Assembly (NCBI RefSeq): GCF_018350175.1
Contig: NC_058368.1
Span: 76,448,001-76,508,000, forward strand
Source of the DNA: Felis catus
Taxonomy: Eukaryota
Reading direction: 5' to 3'
Length of the DNA: 60,000 nt
Under the pieces are notes generated by a model that was not told where the DNA came from, searched no databases, and saw nothing but the letters and a program-made list of their open reading frames with translations. Positions 13,101-26,457 of the stretch are shown in pieces. The stretch's first letter is position 1. Each line of letters starts with the position of its first letter. Position numbers and translations under genes: made by a program.

Positions 13101-14074
13101 CTCACCAAGACCCATCATAATCAAATCCTAAATGTCCATGTAGACAATAAAAAGAACTTCAAAATACATAAGGCAGAAACTCCTGGAAGTATAATAAATT
13201 CCCAATTACAGTGAGAGATTCTAATATCTTCTTAACGAATGAAACAAAGATACGTAAAGGACAGCAAATATTTATAGAATATTATCCATTAACTTGATCT
13301 AATTGACATGCATAGAACACTCCTCCCAACAGAATACACATTCTTTTAAAGTGTCCACAGAATAGTTACCAAGATAGATCACTTTCTGGGCTATAAAACA
13401 TGTCTAAATGTACTTTAAAAGATTTCAGTTTGGAGAATAGTTTCTGAGAACAATGGAATTAAATTAAAAAAATAGATGTTTGGAGAATCTCATAAATAAC
13501 CCATGAATCAAAGATACCAAAATCAAAATTAGCAAATACTTCAAACCGAAGGAGAATGAAGACACAGCAGAAGCAAACATCTCAAATCTGTGAGTTGCCA
13601 CAAAGTTACTTAGGGAAGTAACAAAGAAATTTTTTTAAGGAAAGGAGGACAGTACAAATCAAGAATCTAAGCATTCATCTTCAAAACTAGAAGAGCAAAA
13701 CAACAAAGCTTGAAGCAGTGGATAAAGATCAAAGTGGAACTCAGTGAAATAGAAAACAAAACGAATAAATCAAAACTATAAGCTATTTCTTGGAGAAAAA
13801 TCAAGTTGACATACCACTATCCCAACGGATCAGAAACTAAGACACAAAACACCAATAATCATATGGAAGATAAAAGATATCCCTATAGCTTCTATATATA
13901 TTAATATGGTAAGGGAATATTATGTACAAATTTATGCTAGTAAATTCAACAAACTGGATGGAACAAATTCCTTGAAAACGACCAAGGCTTGCTTATGCAC
14001 ATGCTCATTCTCTGCCTCCCCTCCCCCAGCCACACACAGATAAACTAAGAATCCCGTATCCATTAAAGAAATTA

Positions 14075-14208
14075 GGGGCACCTGGGTGGCTCCGTCAGTT
14101 AAGCATCTGACTCTTGATTTTGGCTCAGGTCATGATCTCATGGTTTGTAGGATCAAGCCCTGCTTGGGATTTTCTCTCTCCCTCTCTCTGTCCCTCACCT
14201 GCTCACAG

Positions 14209-14240
<32 letters not shown>

Positions 14241-14284
14241 CCTCTCTCCCTCCCTCAAAATAAAGATATAAACATTTTAAAAAG
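14075..14284 (+). mobile_element. Can-SINE inserted in the L1
   Basis: ggggcacctgggtggctccgtcagttaagc head, CT tract, A tail; TSD AGAAATTA. Confidence 0.92.
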
Positions 14285-14574
14285 AGAAATTACATGTGTA
14301 ATTAAATGTCTGCTCCAAAAGAAAATTCCAGACCCAGGTAATGAACTCTACCAAAGGCTTAAGGAAATAATTTTACTTTTATAGAAAATGTTCCAGGAAA
14401 TTGAAGAGGGAATTAATACTTCCCAAATAATTCTTGGAATCTAGAATTACCACAATAACAAAAAGATAAAGGCATTGCAAGATAACAATGGACCAATATA
14501 CCTCATGAGCATAGATGACCAAATTCTCAACAAAATTTTAATCCAAGATGTTTAAAACAGTACTGTATCTTGAC

Positions 14575-14690
14575 TATGTTTGAATTCTAAGGTAGTCCCT
14601 AAGAGTCCCATCCCCAGGTATAATGCCCCGTATAATCTTCTATCCTGAAGTCTGGGTAAGATCTGTGGATAGGATAGGATGGTAGTTTGT
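14575..14690 (+). mobile_element. MaLR LTR 5' fragment (MLT1F/G-like) inside the L1
   Basis: gaattctaaggtagtccctaagagtccc...ccccgtataatc...tctgggtaagatctgtggatag resembles the MLT1F/G start. Confidence 0.5.
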
Positions 14691-16228
14691 TAAATAGGGA
14701 AGTGTGCACCACTGGAATGTAGCCATTTAACTCCCAGCTATTAAGAAAAATGGGCGTATTCATCCATTTAACAAATGTACGCTATGTTCTAGTGTAATAG
14801 TGAAAAACTGGGAGCAATCCTAATGTCCTTCAGCAGGAGAACGGATAGACAACTTGTGGTATGCCCATACCAATGCTATACGACACGTTAATAAAAATAC
14901 TCAATATGGATGAACCCGAAAAACATTATGCTAAGTGAAAGAAGCCAGTCACGGGAGACCACATGTTGTACGATTCCGTTTGTATGAAATGCCCAGGACA
15001 GGCAAATCCATAGAGACAGAAATAAGATTTGTAGTTGCCAAACGGGTGGGGCAGGGGAGTGCACAGTGACTGATAATGAGGGAGTGGTTTCTTTTTGGAG
15101 GTGATCAAAATGGTCTAAAGTGAAATTGTGGTGTTAACCGTCATATTCGCAAGTGTGCGAAAACCACTAAACCTTATACGTTACAACCCACACGCTATCC
15201 CTCTCACCGTTTGATCTCAAAGATGTTAATATCGCTTCTACGAATTTTCACTGAAATCTACAAAACTGTTCGGAAGCCTTGTTTACATTATTCCTTATTT
15301 GTATTTTTTGGTAGCCACCCATTAAGCAAGATGGATAGTATAGGTCCTACTGTACAGACGCAAAGAAATAACGCATTACGGTTTCCAGATCTACCAGCAC
15401 CCGAGTCTGGAAGAGCACCATCTGGAAATTTAAACTGATATCCTTCAACCTATGCAGGGTCATAGGTAACTCCATCCACACTCAAATGTGTAGATTCCCA
15501 TGCGTCCCACTATTGCTTCAATGCCGTACTGACTTGAGATGGACTTTTCCACAAACTGACCCAACCAGCTGATGGACGAGAAATTCTTCCTATACTGACT
15601 CCTGCTGACAGGTATAAAATAATCAAACGTCAACTGAGGCTGGGAGCACAGGGAGGTCATCCAAAGGTTCATTTAAGTATATTTTAATTGATTAACTAAT
15701 GAGACAAGCTTAATATCATCTGCTCTATCAATTAAATGTCCCCTTTCCCCCTTTCCTGGACTGCACTATGGAACCGAAAAGCTGAAACCTTAAATCCAGA
15801 TGGGTGGTCTGGAGACGGGACCAGCTGTGCCGAGAACATGACAGGACGAAAAGAAACAAAGTCCAAGGTAAGATAAGCTTGGGATGGCAAAAGTTACAGA
15901 ATTAGGTCAATAAAATGTCAGCATTTCAGTACAGAAAAAGTACAAATTAGGAGCTTAGAAATAACCTCACTTGATTAAATTAGAAGGACCACACACAGCG
16001 AGTAAAAAATAAACCCAGATCTAATTATTGTTCTTTCAAATTATTTGGAGAATCATTATAATTGGAAACAAAAATTCCACGCTGACGGAGGTGACATGAT
16101 TCCTCAGGAGCTGCCGCCTGAACACAAAACCACAGAGTTAAACAGAGCTTCCATTTGTCATCACCCTCAAAGACCAGTAGGGAGGTAGAAACTCAGGACT
16201 CGAGAGAATTTAAAAACAAAGCAAGAGA

Positions 16229-16457
16229 GGGGCGCCTGGGTGGCGCAGTCGGTTAAGCGTCCGACTTCAGCCAGGTCACTATCTCGCGGTCCGGGAGTTC
16301 GAGCCCCGCATCAGGCTCTGGGCTGACGGCTCGGAGCCTGGAGCCTGTTTCCGATTCTGTGTCTCCCTCTCTCTCTGCCCCTCCCCCGTTCATGCTCTGT
16401 CTCTCTCTGTCCCCAAAAAATAAATAAACGTTGAAAAAAAAATTTAAAAAATAAAAT
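16229..16457 (+). mobile_element. Young feline SINE (SINEC_Fc)
   Basis: Near-consensus, CpG-rich; perfect TSD AAAAACAAAGCAAGAGA at 16212-16228 and 16458-16474. Confidence 0.98.
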
Positions 16458-18704
16458 AAAAACAAAGCAAGAGAGAAGGGAGTAATGGAGCCGGTCGCTT
16501 TACCTGGAGTGAATAGAGAATAACAAGCAGGCTGTTTGCCCCAAAGCTATGTGCAGATTAGCCATCCACAAACACTCTGACTTTTCTACCTATTTTATCC
16601 TTAATGTAGGCACCTGGTATGAAACTGTGACGTTTTCCGGTTTAAAATAGGAGAGAACGCATTCCGACTGTCTCTAAATACCTGGATTATGCCTAGTTCC
16701 GAATCATCTCCCGTTGCTTTCTTTACACAAATGTTAGAATCAAGAAATCTATTTACGTAGAGGGAAGAAGAAAGAAGAAGTTTAGAACTTCCTTCTCGGA
16801 TATAAACAAAAAGAAAATCCTTCTCCCTGGCTTACGGAGCCAAGGGGGACAATACACGGATTGTCCCGTTTGGAAAAAAAAAAAAAAAAGTGACCACTGT
16901 TCCCTAACTTGAGAAAAGCTACAAGAGCACGCTCCCATGGATTCACTGCTGTCTACACGTGAACCTTGACCAAGGGCTTGCTCTGGCCCTGGTGGCCAGT
17001 TTCAAGGAAAAACGCATTTAGAACGACACGATCTACGTTCTAATGAAGGCACCACCGAGCCCAAAGCTAATACGTTTGGAAATGTTGCAATTATTTCCCA
17101 GACACACGCTCCCACTCTAAACGATGCCACTAATTCAGCTGCCACACGTGACATGCAGTTGAAGACCACTGTCAAACAGTATGTCAGTACCCCTTAGAAA
17201 TAAAAGATCTTACTAGAAGAAACCGAGCAAGTGAATCCTTCACGTGGGCACATGAGGGTCAGACTGGGAAGCCATCCTATCCCTTCTGCAGCCATTTCCG
17301 ATTTCCTGGTCTTGCCCTGGTCCTTCTGTCCCCCCTCCCCAGGTCATACTCCCTATAACCCCACCCCGCCCTTGTCCCCGTTTCTCAGGCTATTCCACAG
17401 TGGCCCAGAGCGAGGTCTGCCGCAGGACAGATGGCAACAAGAGAAGCCCTTCCCCTTCTCCTCCCCAGACCCTCCCCGGGTCTCATCCATGTCTACCTCA
17501 GCCTACAAATTCCTTAGGAAATAGAGAGTCAAGAATCGTGAACGGCCTGAGCTTTTACCCTGCTTTTAAACTGTCCAGTTAGTCTGTGACGGTCTCATGG
17601 ATACTAGGAAAAGACACAGGATTCCTGGGTCAGAGAAGGACAGCCTGATATTTATAGCAAGTGCTGTATGTAGCCAGAGGACCACCGTTGATGCTGGTTC
17701 CCCAAGCCCAGCACCCACAGGACGTGTCAAAGCGGCCAGGTGAACATTACCTGGAATCCTGTGCTCCTCATAGGGCATTATAGACAGATAGCAATAACTC
17801 CATATACAATTTGATTTCTTGCTTTTTTCGGTTTTCTAAGCAGTTGATTTCTCGACACGTTATTATTTCGGTCCTGTAGAATTCCGAAGGTTGAAAATTA
17901 TGCTGGTAGGACTAAATAAAGAAAACTAAAGGGGCTAAACGGCCGGCAGGTGACTTTGCAAGGATATACAGGCAGTGTTCCCAAGACCGTGTCTTTCTGA
18001 GGAAGGAATCCTCATATTGTCAAATTCAACCTGGAACCGGTTGCTCCCTCCCCTTTGCTACCTCTCCAGTCATGGGAAGGACAGAGGCAGCCACCCAGGG
18101 GTTATTGGTCTGAACATCTCGGAGGCAAGCAATTTACTTGAAAATAAGGTTGAAGAGGAGTCTTTGGCAAAGGACTGAACTCACGGAATGAGAACATTTT
18201 TGAAATTATTACAGACTTATTACAGACTCTGATACTCAGAGCGGGCAGTCTTGAATGATGGATGGGAGATAATCCAAGGGGGAGAGCTAGCTCTGAGCCA
18301 CAATTGGCAAAAGGGCTCAGAAAGCCCTGAGGAGAGCAGGCGGGCTCAGCCACATGGGCCCCAGCGGCACTCAGCCGACTACATGGTTGTGCTTGAGGAC
18401 GTAGGTCCCAAAGTGTGCAGAGTTTCAATTCCGTGGGAGGGCTTCACCATCTACTCATCTTTTCGTTGTTTTCCTGGAGTCCCAAGTCATACAAAACTTT
18501 CACATGTTAAAAATAGCCGCTTGGAACAAATGTACCACACCTAACAAAATCACACCTAATTCTCTTGAAGAAGGTCAACTTAGCAAAGGCCTTTCCTCTC
18601 GGAACATGCCACGCTTCATATCTGCACCGGGCGAGAGAATACATTTATTTAGCACAGTCACAACCTAAATATTTCCTTGAGGAGAGAAGTCTTAGGGTGG
18701 AGAA

Positions 18705-18880
18705 TTTTCTTTCATGTTTATTTTGAGAGAGAGGGAGGGAGAGAGAGAATCCCAAGCAGGCTCCATTCTGTCAGCACAGAGCCCCACACAGGGCTCGATC
18801 CCAAGCACCATGAGATCATGACCTGAGCCGAAATCAAGGAAGAGTCGGACGCTCCACCGACTGAGCCAGCCGGGAGCCCC
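18705..18880 (-). mobile_element. Can-SINE
   Basis: Reverse-strand head ...gactgagccagccgggagcccc; body gagagagaatcccaagcaggctcc. Confidence 0.92.
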
Positions 18881-19632
18881 AAGAGCTGAGTATTTTTGTA
18901 AATGTGCCAATAGATCCTGACTTTGTCTGCTTCTAAAGAAACTTTGGTGAGTCCGGAACCGTAGCTATTAATAGAGCAGGTACGGAGGTCCTGGAGCAGG
19001 GAACAGCGCAGGGCCTCATGCGGAGGACCTGTCACCGAAGAAAATACATGAAAAACATACAGTTTAGCCGTAAGTCATCCCCCTCATGAAACAAACAAGC
19101 AACAAAAACAAAACTAAAAACAAAACAAAAAAACAACCAAAAAAGCCAGTTCTCTTTGTTGCTTTTCTGGTCTTGTGTAAACGTAGACCTGACTCTAATG
19201 CCTCCACCGTCTGAGCCTCTGAGCTCCCCAGCAGGAAAACCCATCCCTTCTCCTCCCGGATTCCGCTCAGGGATTTGCCAAGGTCCCAGAGTCCTGTGTG
19301 CAACCAAAGAGCTGGAGACCAATTTCGAAAAGGGTCGTCAACCCACTCTTGTTATCACCAAATCACCAAGAGTCTCACGCCTTTGGCCCTTCAGATCTGG
19401 AAGCTCAGCCATCTGTGCCATGACAGAGGCACTGAAGTCCTCAGAGGACCTGGGAGACCATCCAGAGGCTGGCCTGCCAGACGCATGGACCCCTTATTCT
19501 ATATGATGCCCCGTCCCCCTGACACTGTACCTCAGAGACTCATACAGCTTCTCATCTGAGGGAACATCTCCCCACTGTTGGTCCTCAAAAGCATTTCTCC
19601 ATAATGTTCTCACTGTGATCAAGTTAAGCTGT

Positions 19633-20675
19633 TGGGGGGGGGGGGAGGGAGAAGGAGGGAGAGAGGGAGAAGGAAAGAGAAAGGGATAAGGAGGGAGAGA
19701 GAGAGAAGGAGGGAGAGAGAGAGAAGGAGGGAGAGAGAGAGAAGGAGGGAGAGAGAGAGAAGGAGGGAGAGAGAGAGAAGGAGGGAGAGAGAGAGAAGGA
19801 GGGAGAGAGAGAGAAGGAGGGAGAGAGAGAGAAGGAGGGAGAGAGAGAGAAGGAGGGAGAGAGAGAGAAGGAGGGAGGGAGAGAGAGAGAAGGAGGGAGG
19901 GAGAGAGAGAGAAGGAGGGAGGGAGAGAGAGAGAAGGAGGGAGGGAGAGAGAGAGAAGGAGGGAGGGAGAGAGAGAGAAGGAGGGAGAGAGAGAGAGAGA
20001 AGGAGGGAGAGAGAGAGAGAGAAGGAGGGAGAGAGAGAGAGAGAAGGAGGGAGAGAGGAAGAGAGAGAGAGGGAGAAGGAGGGAGAGAGGGGGAAGGAGA
20101 GAGAGGGGGGGAAGGAGGGAGAGAGGGAGAAGGAGGGAGAGAGGGGAGAAGGAGGGAGAGAGGGGAGAAGGAGGGAGAGAGGGGAGAAGGAGGGAGAGAG
20201 GGGAGAAGGAGGGAGAGAGGGGAGAGAGGAAGAGAGAGAGGGAGAAGGAGAGAGAGAGGGAGAAGGAGAGAGAGAGGGAGAAGGAGAGAGAGAGGGAGAA
20301 GGAGAGAGAAAGGGAGAAGGAGGGAGAGAGGGAGAAGGAGGGAGAGAGGGGAAGGAGGGAGAGAGGGAAGGAGGGAGAGAGAGGGAAGGAGGGAGAGAGG
20401 GGGAAGGAGGGAGAGAGGGGGAAAGGAGGGAGAGAGGGGGAAGGAGGGAGAGAGGGGGAAGGAGGGAGAGAGGGGGAAGGAGGGAGAGAGGAAGAGAGAG
20501 AGGGAGAAGGAGGGAGAGAGGGAGAAGGAGGGAAAGAGGGAGAAGGAGGGAGAGAGGGAGAAGGAGGGAGAGAGGGAGAAGGAGGGAGAGAGGGAGAAGG
20601 AGGGAGAGAGGGAGAAGGAGGGAGAGAGGAAGAGAGAGAGGGAGAAGGAGAGAGAGGGAGAAGGAGAGAGAGAGG
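19633..20675. repeat. Polypurine/polypyrimidine minisatellite (AAGGAGGGAGAGAGAGAG-type units)
   Basis: Only A/G on the + strand from 19688 to 20675; 10 perfect 18-mers (19688-19867), then blocks of 22-, 19- and 18-mer variants. Confidence 0.98.
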
Positions 20676-21026
20676 CAGGTGGAGGTATTTAAGCAGTGTC
20701 TGCTTCAAGGTCTGTAAAACATTCAAGAGAAGAACAGAACCCAAGTCCTCAAAAGGAGCCCCATTACCTTATGGGCTTGGGGGGAGACAGGCATGTGGCA
20801 GGTGTGCCACAGGGAGAAAAATAAAGGACAGACAGATCTGTTTCTCAATTACTCCCCCCATCAGCTCCTGCTCTGCTGCGACTGACCTTGAATAAGGCAT
20901 TGATCGAGTCTGGGGCATCATTTCCCTACTTATTATAAGTGGAAATCGGAATTCTTGCCCCCCCTTGGGATAAAATCTCTTTTGTGTATCTATTTACTGT
21001 GGCTTTCTTGTTTCCAATGTATTACT

Positions 21027-21030
<4 letters not shown>

Positions 21031-21102
<72 letters not shown>
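21031..21102. repeat. Compound microsatellite (TA)18(GA)18
   Basis: Read directly. Confidence 0.97.
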
Positions 21103-21106
<4 letters not shown>

Positions 21107-21583
21107 AAAAATATACATGTGAACGACAGCATTAAGAAAGGAGTCACATGCTGTATGCAGAAACAGGTAAGAACTCCTGGCTCTTACCTTCATGGCCAAG
21201 TTGATTAAGCACTGGACACTTACTATAGGCTGGACACTGGGCTACCTATGTGCACTTCCTGATCAGGACAGCCATGGTCCTTGTCCTCAAGGGCACTTTT
21301 AAGTCCTGTGTCACCCAACATAATCCACCTCCAGCATGCCCGTGAGGAGGGAAGAGTTGGTCAATTACACTATGAATCTGTAGAGAGATGGTTTCATAGC
21401 TCAACAGGAACCACAGAAATGAGAAACAAAGTGGAGGTTAAGAGTTGTAAATACGTGAGAAGCAAGTTCTGGTCCCCCATCAATGGTAGACGACTTCTAT
21501 GTTACCGGAAATCTACATTGAGGGAGAAAAAAAATACAAAAACGCAACACAAAGTAGATGAAGAAATATGAAGGCGGTTGTCT

Positions 21584-21770
21584 GGGGCACCCGGGTGGCT
21601 CAGTTGGTTGAGCGTCTGACTCCGGCTCAGGCCGTGATCTCCCGGTTCATGAGCTCGAGCCCCGCACCGGGCTCGCTGCTGTCAGCACGGAGCCCGCTTC
21701 TGATCCTCTGCGCCCCCCCTGCCCCTTCCCTGCCTGCACGCTCTCAAAAATAAAACATTGCATAAAAAGA
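21584..21770 (+). mobile_element. Can-SINE
   Basis: ggggcacccgggtggctcagttggttgagcgtctgact head; tail ctctcaaaaataaaac. Confidence 0.93.
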
Positions 21771-21782
21771 AATAGTATGGTG

Positions 21783-21915
21783 GTTCTCCTCACAAGAAAT
21801 TCTGTAATTGTGTATGGTCACGGAGGTTAACTAAGCTCATTGTGATCATTTCATGATGGCTGCAAATAGCAGATCATCTTGTACCCCTGAAACCAAGAGG
21901 TCAATTACACCTCGC
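21783..21915 (+). mobile_element. L1 3' end fragment (L1MA-like)
   Basis: gttctcctcacaagaaa...gtaattgtgtatggtcacggaggttaac...tgtacccctgaaac...gtcaattacacctc. Confidence 0.7.
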
Positions 21916-24499
21916 TAACAAATTAAGGTGAAAGTTCACAAATCCTGTGAAGCTTGAGGGCGAGGACGTAACACATTAAGCTGACATTCTCTCAACTTCA
22001 AACTCTGCTCATAATCTTCTGAGAAGCTAAAGCCCAGGACAGTTTCTAATACAAGGTGCGGTGAGACATTCAAACACTTCAAAACTGGTCAGTGGCAACG
22101 GACTTCTGAAAGCAATTAAAAGGAGACGCAGGGGTCAAAGATGGAAGGGGAAAGGGAGGATGGTCTGGAAGCAAAGAGGGTCATTTTTTTTTTTTTTAAA
22201 GGTGGTCTTGCCTGGGGAGAGAGGGGAGATGTCAACACGGGGAGGAAGGAACAGAAAGACTGAGAGTCGGACCGTTACTGCCCTGGGAGTTCGCATCCCA
22301 TGGCCCAAAAGCTTCAACCGCGAGCAGACGGAAGGTAGGACGAAGAACCAGCAATGATTTTAACTCCTGCAAGCGGAGGGATGACATTAAGGGGACTTGT
22401 CCTACAGAGGGGAAGGGGAAGAAAACTTAAAGTGCAAGGAAGTTCATAGATTAAAACGGGATAAATCATTTGTTAGTTCAAATAGAATTTTTTGCTTAGA
22501 CTGTAAGTTTCCATGTGTCCTGCCATAAAACAAAGTTAGGACCTTTAAGGAGATTAAGACAAGGTTAGGTGAAATACAGCTGATTTTTGGTAACATTTTA
22601 TAATTTGAGGTGGAATACCTCCAAGATCTTCTAAAAATTTTGTTTGGAAAGGATAAGAACACATGAAAAAGCAAAGGTCACTACCAAGAAGAAAAAGGAT
22701 ATAAATAACCCAAATTCGTCTAAAATTTTTTTAGGAAGTGTTCATCATTCTACAGTATTTTAGGATATATTTAAATAATTATTTACATATAGTGGATATT
22801 CTGACTCTAATATATTTCAGTTCTTAAATATCTGATTACTACCGATCCAAGAATAAAGCAGAACCTCTAAAATATATATAGTTTCTATTTCTCTAATGGC
22901 AGGGGCTGGGGGGGTGGTGGCTTTCCTAACTACTCTGCTTTTCAGGCAACAATTTAAGAGATTTAACGATGTTAAACACTAGGAACCTGTCACTTATTAT
23001 GATTAGTTACCATCACTGATAAGAAACTCACAGGCTCATAAAGTAGCGGCCAAACTAGTATATGTTCCATCACGAGAAATTTGGGCTCCGTGGAAACACG
23101 GAATCTCCTTGAAGGAACAGGACCAAAATACACAATATGCCACGCATTTTCCGCAAATACAGCATCAGCAATCGCTGTGCTTTTTTGAGCACTTTATGAA
23201 TATTCAGCAGAAAAAAAAAACATTCTAGGGACTCTGGTGGGTATGTTTCCAGGGTGAGAGGGCTATCAGAAGAATAGTTCTCAGCTCCATTTTAAGTTCT
23301 TCATTCAGAGAAGAATTTGCGTGAGTTTAATACCTATTTTGAGTAACTTATGTTACCGTTTAAAATAACTTTTCCTTCCAGGCAAGAATAAAAAACAGCC
23401 CTGGGGATCCACGGGTGTTGAAAGAAAGGGATCTAATGGCCAATCGATAGGGTAGGGACTACCGAACAGTGAGCATGTGAATTTCTGAAACGGCCTCCGT
23501 GTACGGAGTATTTTGTAAGATTATTCACGCACACATGTTAAGGATGATAAATGTACGGTCCAGCTTTCATTTCTTAAGCAGTCATGTTACTGACTCGAAA
23601 CTTTTAAAGAGCCATGTTTAGAATTACCAGGATTTAAACTGGATCAAAGTTGAATGTGTCTGAACATTTTAAACATACTTCAACTGATTTAAATAATTGC
23701 TTTCCTCTATAAAATGAGCCTAAGTATTAAAAATGTGCCTTGAAGCTTCTATGGGCCCAAATACTGATTTAATCTAATGGACTGGAGCTCCATTAAAAAA
23801 AAAAAAAAAAAATCTCGATTACTCTTCTTCCATTTGTGCCTTCAAACACAGAGAAGTTTGTGGGGCTGCTGAGGTCCATCCTGAGGCACATTCTATAGAT
23901 AAACAGAAGACTTTGTTCACTGGATCTTTTCATTCAGAGCCTTTCATGAGCTGTGAATTCCTTCTAAAAGCACCTATCAGCATGAATAAACTGATAAAAG
24001 CAAATGTGTGAAATGCCTTTCACTTAACTAACAGGCATGACTCCAAATTCTAGAACTCCCACTGCTTTCTCTGAAACCCTAACCCATGATGATGGGTAAC
24101 ATGAATTCATGGAAAGTCCTTCACTAATGTTACAAGATCTTTGGCTATTGTGAAGTGATAGCTAATGGAAAACTTTGTCGGGCATAATCCAATTCCTGTA
24201 CAGTCTTTGGGATTATCTCTCGTGACTATGGTATTTCATTTTGTACAGAGAGTCAGATTAATAAATCGGCTCAGCCTTCCCAGAACATTCATTTCATGCA
24301 TTCATTCAGCGGCTGCCACCCTGGGACATAAGGAGGTGATAAGTTATGCCCTTTGCCTTCAAAGTCCAGTAAAGAAACCAGGCCCAGAGCCAGATTTATC
24401 TTTTAAAAAGGAGGGTGGGGGGGCGGGGAATATAGGAAAAGCCTATAGAACTGTAGGGAGATGTGGGCACATCACACCAGTGCCATTTCTCAATTGATG

Positions 24500-26365
24500 G
24501 GCCAAGATGACAAAAATATTAGTAAAGACCACAGGAACTTATAAAAGTCTAACTGGAATGAACTCCCCCCCCCACCCCCACCAATGTCGCACAGAGAGCA
24601 CACATTTTTCTCAAGCATACGTGGAATGTTTAAGTCCCACACATTCCTTCCTAGGTCAAAATTTTCAAAGGCTTTAGATCACAAAGAAAAACAAGGTAAT
24701 AGTAACACAAACAGTTACTATTGGAAATCTAAGACACTTCTAAATTGATAAAAACAATGGAAATGAAAAAAAGTGTTTGTAACCAACAATCAAAACCCAT
24801 TTAAACACTTGCAAGTTTCAGCAAGAGTATTTCAAAGAATATTAGACTTCAAATGACTACAACAGAAATGATAGGATAGCTTCACTAAACACGTTAGAAG
24901 CCGTATAACAGAATCAATCCAAACATTTTAAGAAAATGAGATAATGCAGAATAAGAAATATGCAATACAGAATTGACAAAACCAAAAATAGGTTCTTCAA
25001 GCAAATAAGACAGACAATCTTCTGGTGAGAATGGTAACTAGCAACAAAGAAGGCAGAAACATTCCATTCTATGAATGAAAAGGGAGATACACTCCGAGAA
25101 AGGATTGAGAGAACATCATGAGCAAATCTAGATTTTTCTAATAACTTGTCTACTTTCCAATTTATTGATGTAATTTTCAAAACAGATTCAAGGAGAAATA
25201 AAAAGCCCAAAGAGTTCTAATTTATTAAAAAAAAAAAAAAAGACTTTTAGAAGTAGTTTAGAAACCTTCCACAAGAGCAACACTTGGACCAAATGGTTTC
25301 ATAGGATTTTTCCACGCGATTCCACTTTTATATACAAACTCATCAGAAAATAGAGAAAAATCGCTCTTCAATTTGTACCCTGAGGCTTGTATAATATTGA
25401 TCCCAAACCAGACAGAGGGCATGGCAGGAGATCAGAACAATCTCACTTAGCAACTTGGAGACAAAATTCCTAAATGATGTATTAGCAAAACCAAATGGAG
25501 TCTTGAAATCTCTCTCTTACACACACCCACACCTCCCCCCCCCCCCCCACCAAGCTCGTTTTATATCGGGAAAGGAGAGAAATTTGAATAGTGAGAATTT
25601 GTAGGTATAATTCACCACATTAAAAGATCACAGTGCCACATAGCCATCTCAATAGATGCAGAAAATGTATTCGATTACCTCCACTCGGGATACAAAAATG
25701 TCACCCAGAGAGATGAGATTCCTTAACATTACAAAGGTACCTATGAAAAACCTAGAGCAAGTTTAATTCCTAATGAGAAACATTCTGAAGCATTCTCTTT
25801 AGAAATCGATCTGCAGTAAAAATTAAGACTTCTGGGGGCCCCTGGGTGGCTCAGTCCATTTAAGTGTCTGACTTTGGCTCAGGTCATGATCTCACAGTTG
25901 GTGAGTTTGAGCCCCCCATCGGGCTCTGTGCTGACAGCTCAGAGCCTGGAGCCTGCTTCGGATTCTGTGTCTCCCTCTCGCTCTCTGCCCCTCCCTTGTT
26001 CATACTCTGTCTCTCTCTCAAAACTAACAAACATTTAAAAAAATAATACTTCCGTACATGAAGTTTTGGAGTATATGGGCCAAAGGAAATACCAGCACAC
26101 TGTTGACGGAAGGAGAATTGAGTCCAACCGCCTTGGAATAGGATTTGACAATAACTTGACATTTACTGAATCTACCACCCAGCAAGTTCTCAGGTGTATG
26201 TAGAACCTAGAGAAACTCTTGAACATGTGTAGAAGTAGACAGGTACAGGAGTCTTTTTCTTTGCTATCAAAAACAACCATAGAGAGAAAACAATCCAGAT
26301 GATTTTCGGCAACACAACGGATAAACTGGAGTATGTTCACAGAGTAAGAAGTATCACATAACAAA
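24500..26365 (+). mobile_element. Highly decayed L1M LINE (ORF2 remnants plus 3' portion), interrupted by a SINE
   Basis: A-rich strand; remnants of EN (cacatttttctcaagcatacgtggaatg), ISIDAEKAFD-like RT motif (catctcaatagatgcagaaaatgtattcga, ~25645) and EAFPL-like motif. Confidence 0.75.
25834..26042 (+). mobile_element. Can-SINE (SINEC_Fc family)
   Basis: Head gggggcccctgggtggctcagtcc, typical body and tail; degenerate TSD. Confidence 0.94.
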
Positions 26366-26457
26366 GTCGTTTACCATCATTTTTCTCCCCCTGGAAGTTC
26401 TAGCCCTGACCTGTAGGGACGGAGCCACCAAAGATGCTTCGTAGGAAGCCCTGATCC

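Larger units (their letters stand above)
12100..15190 (+). mobile_element. Ancient L1M LINE, internally deleted and interrupted (5' end, ORF1, ORF2 endonuclease and start of RT, 3' UTR)
   Basis: L1M-type 5' region from ~12100; decayed EN motif (gaatacacattcttt...accaagatagatcactttctgggctataaa, ~YTFF..TKIDH.LG.K); RPISLMNIDAKILNKIL-like segment at ~14490-14540; 3' UTR aaacattatgctaagtgaaagaagccagtcac. Confidence 0.85.

Noticed and set aside
12271..14560. L1 ORF1/ORF2 as functional CDS
   Set aside because: Full of stops, frameshifts, deletions and insertions; only remnants remain
19688..20675. Regular repeat array considered as CRISPR-like
   Set aside because: Head-to-tail units with no unique spacers, no cas genes, mammalian context
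19494..20744. 416-aa Pro/Ser/Leu ORF (-) and 361-aa Arg/Glu/Gly ORF (+)
   Set aside because: A pure A/G strand and its C/T complement cannot contain stop codons, so both ORFs are by-products of the minisatellite; neither starts with ATG and neither has a recognisable domain
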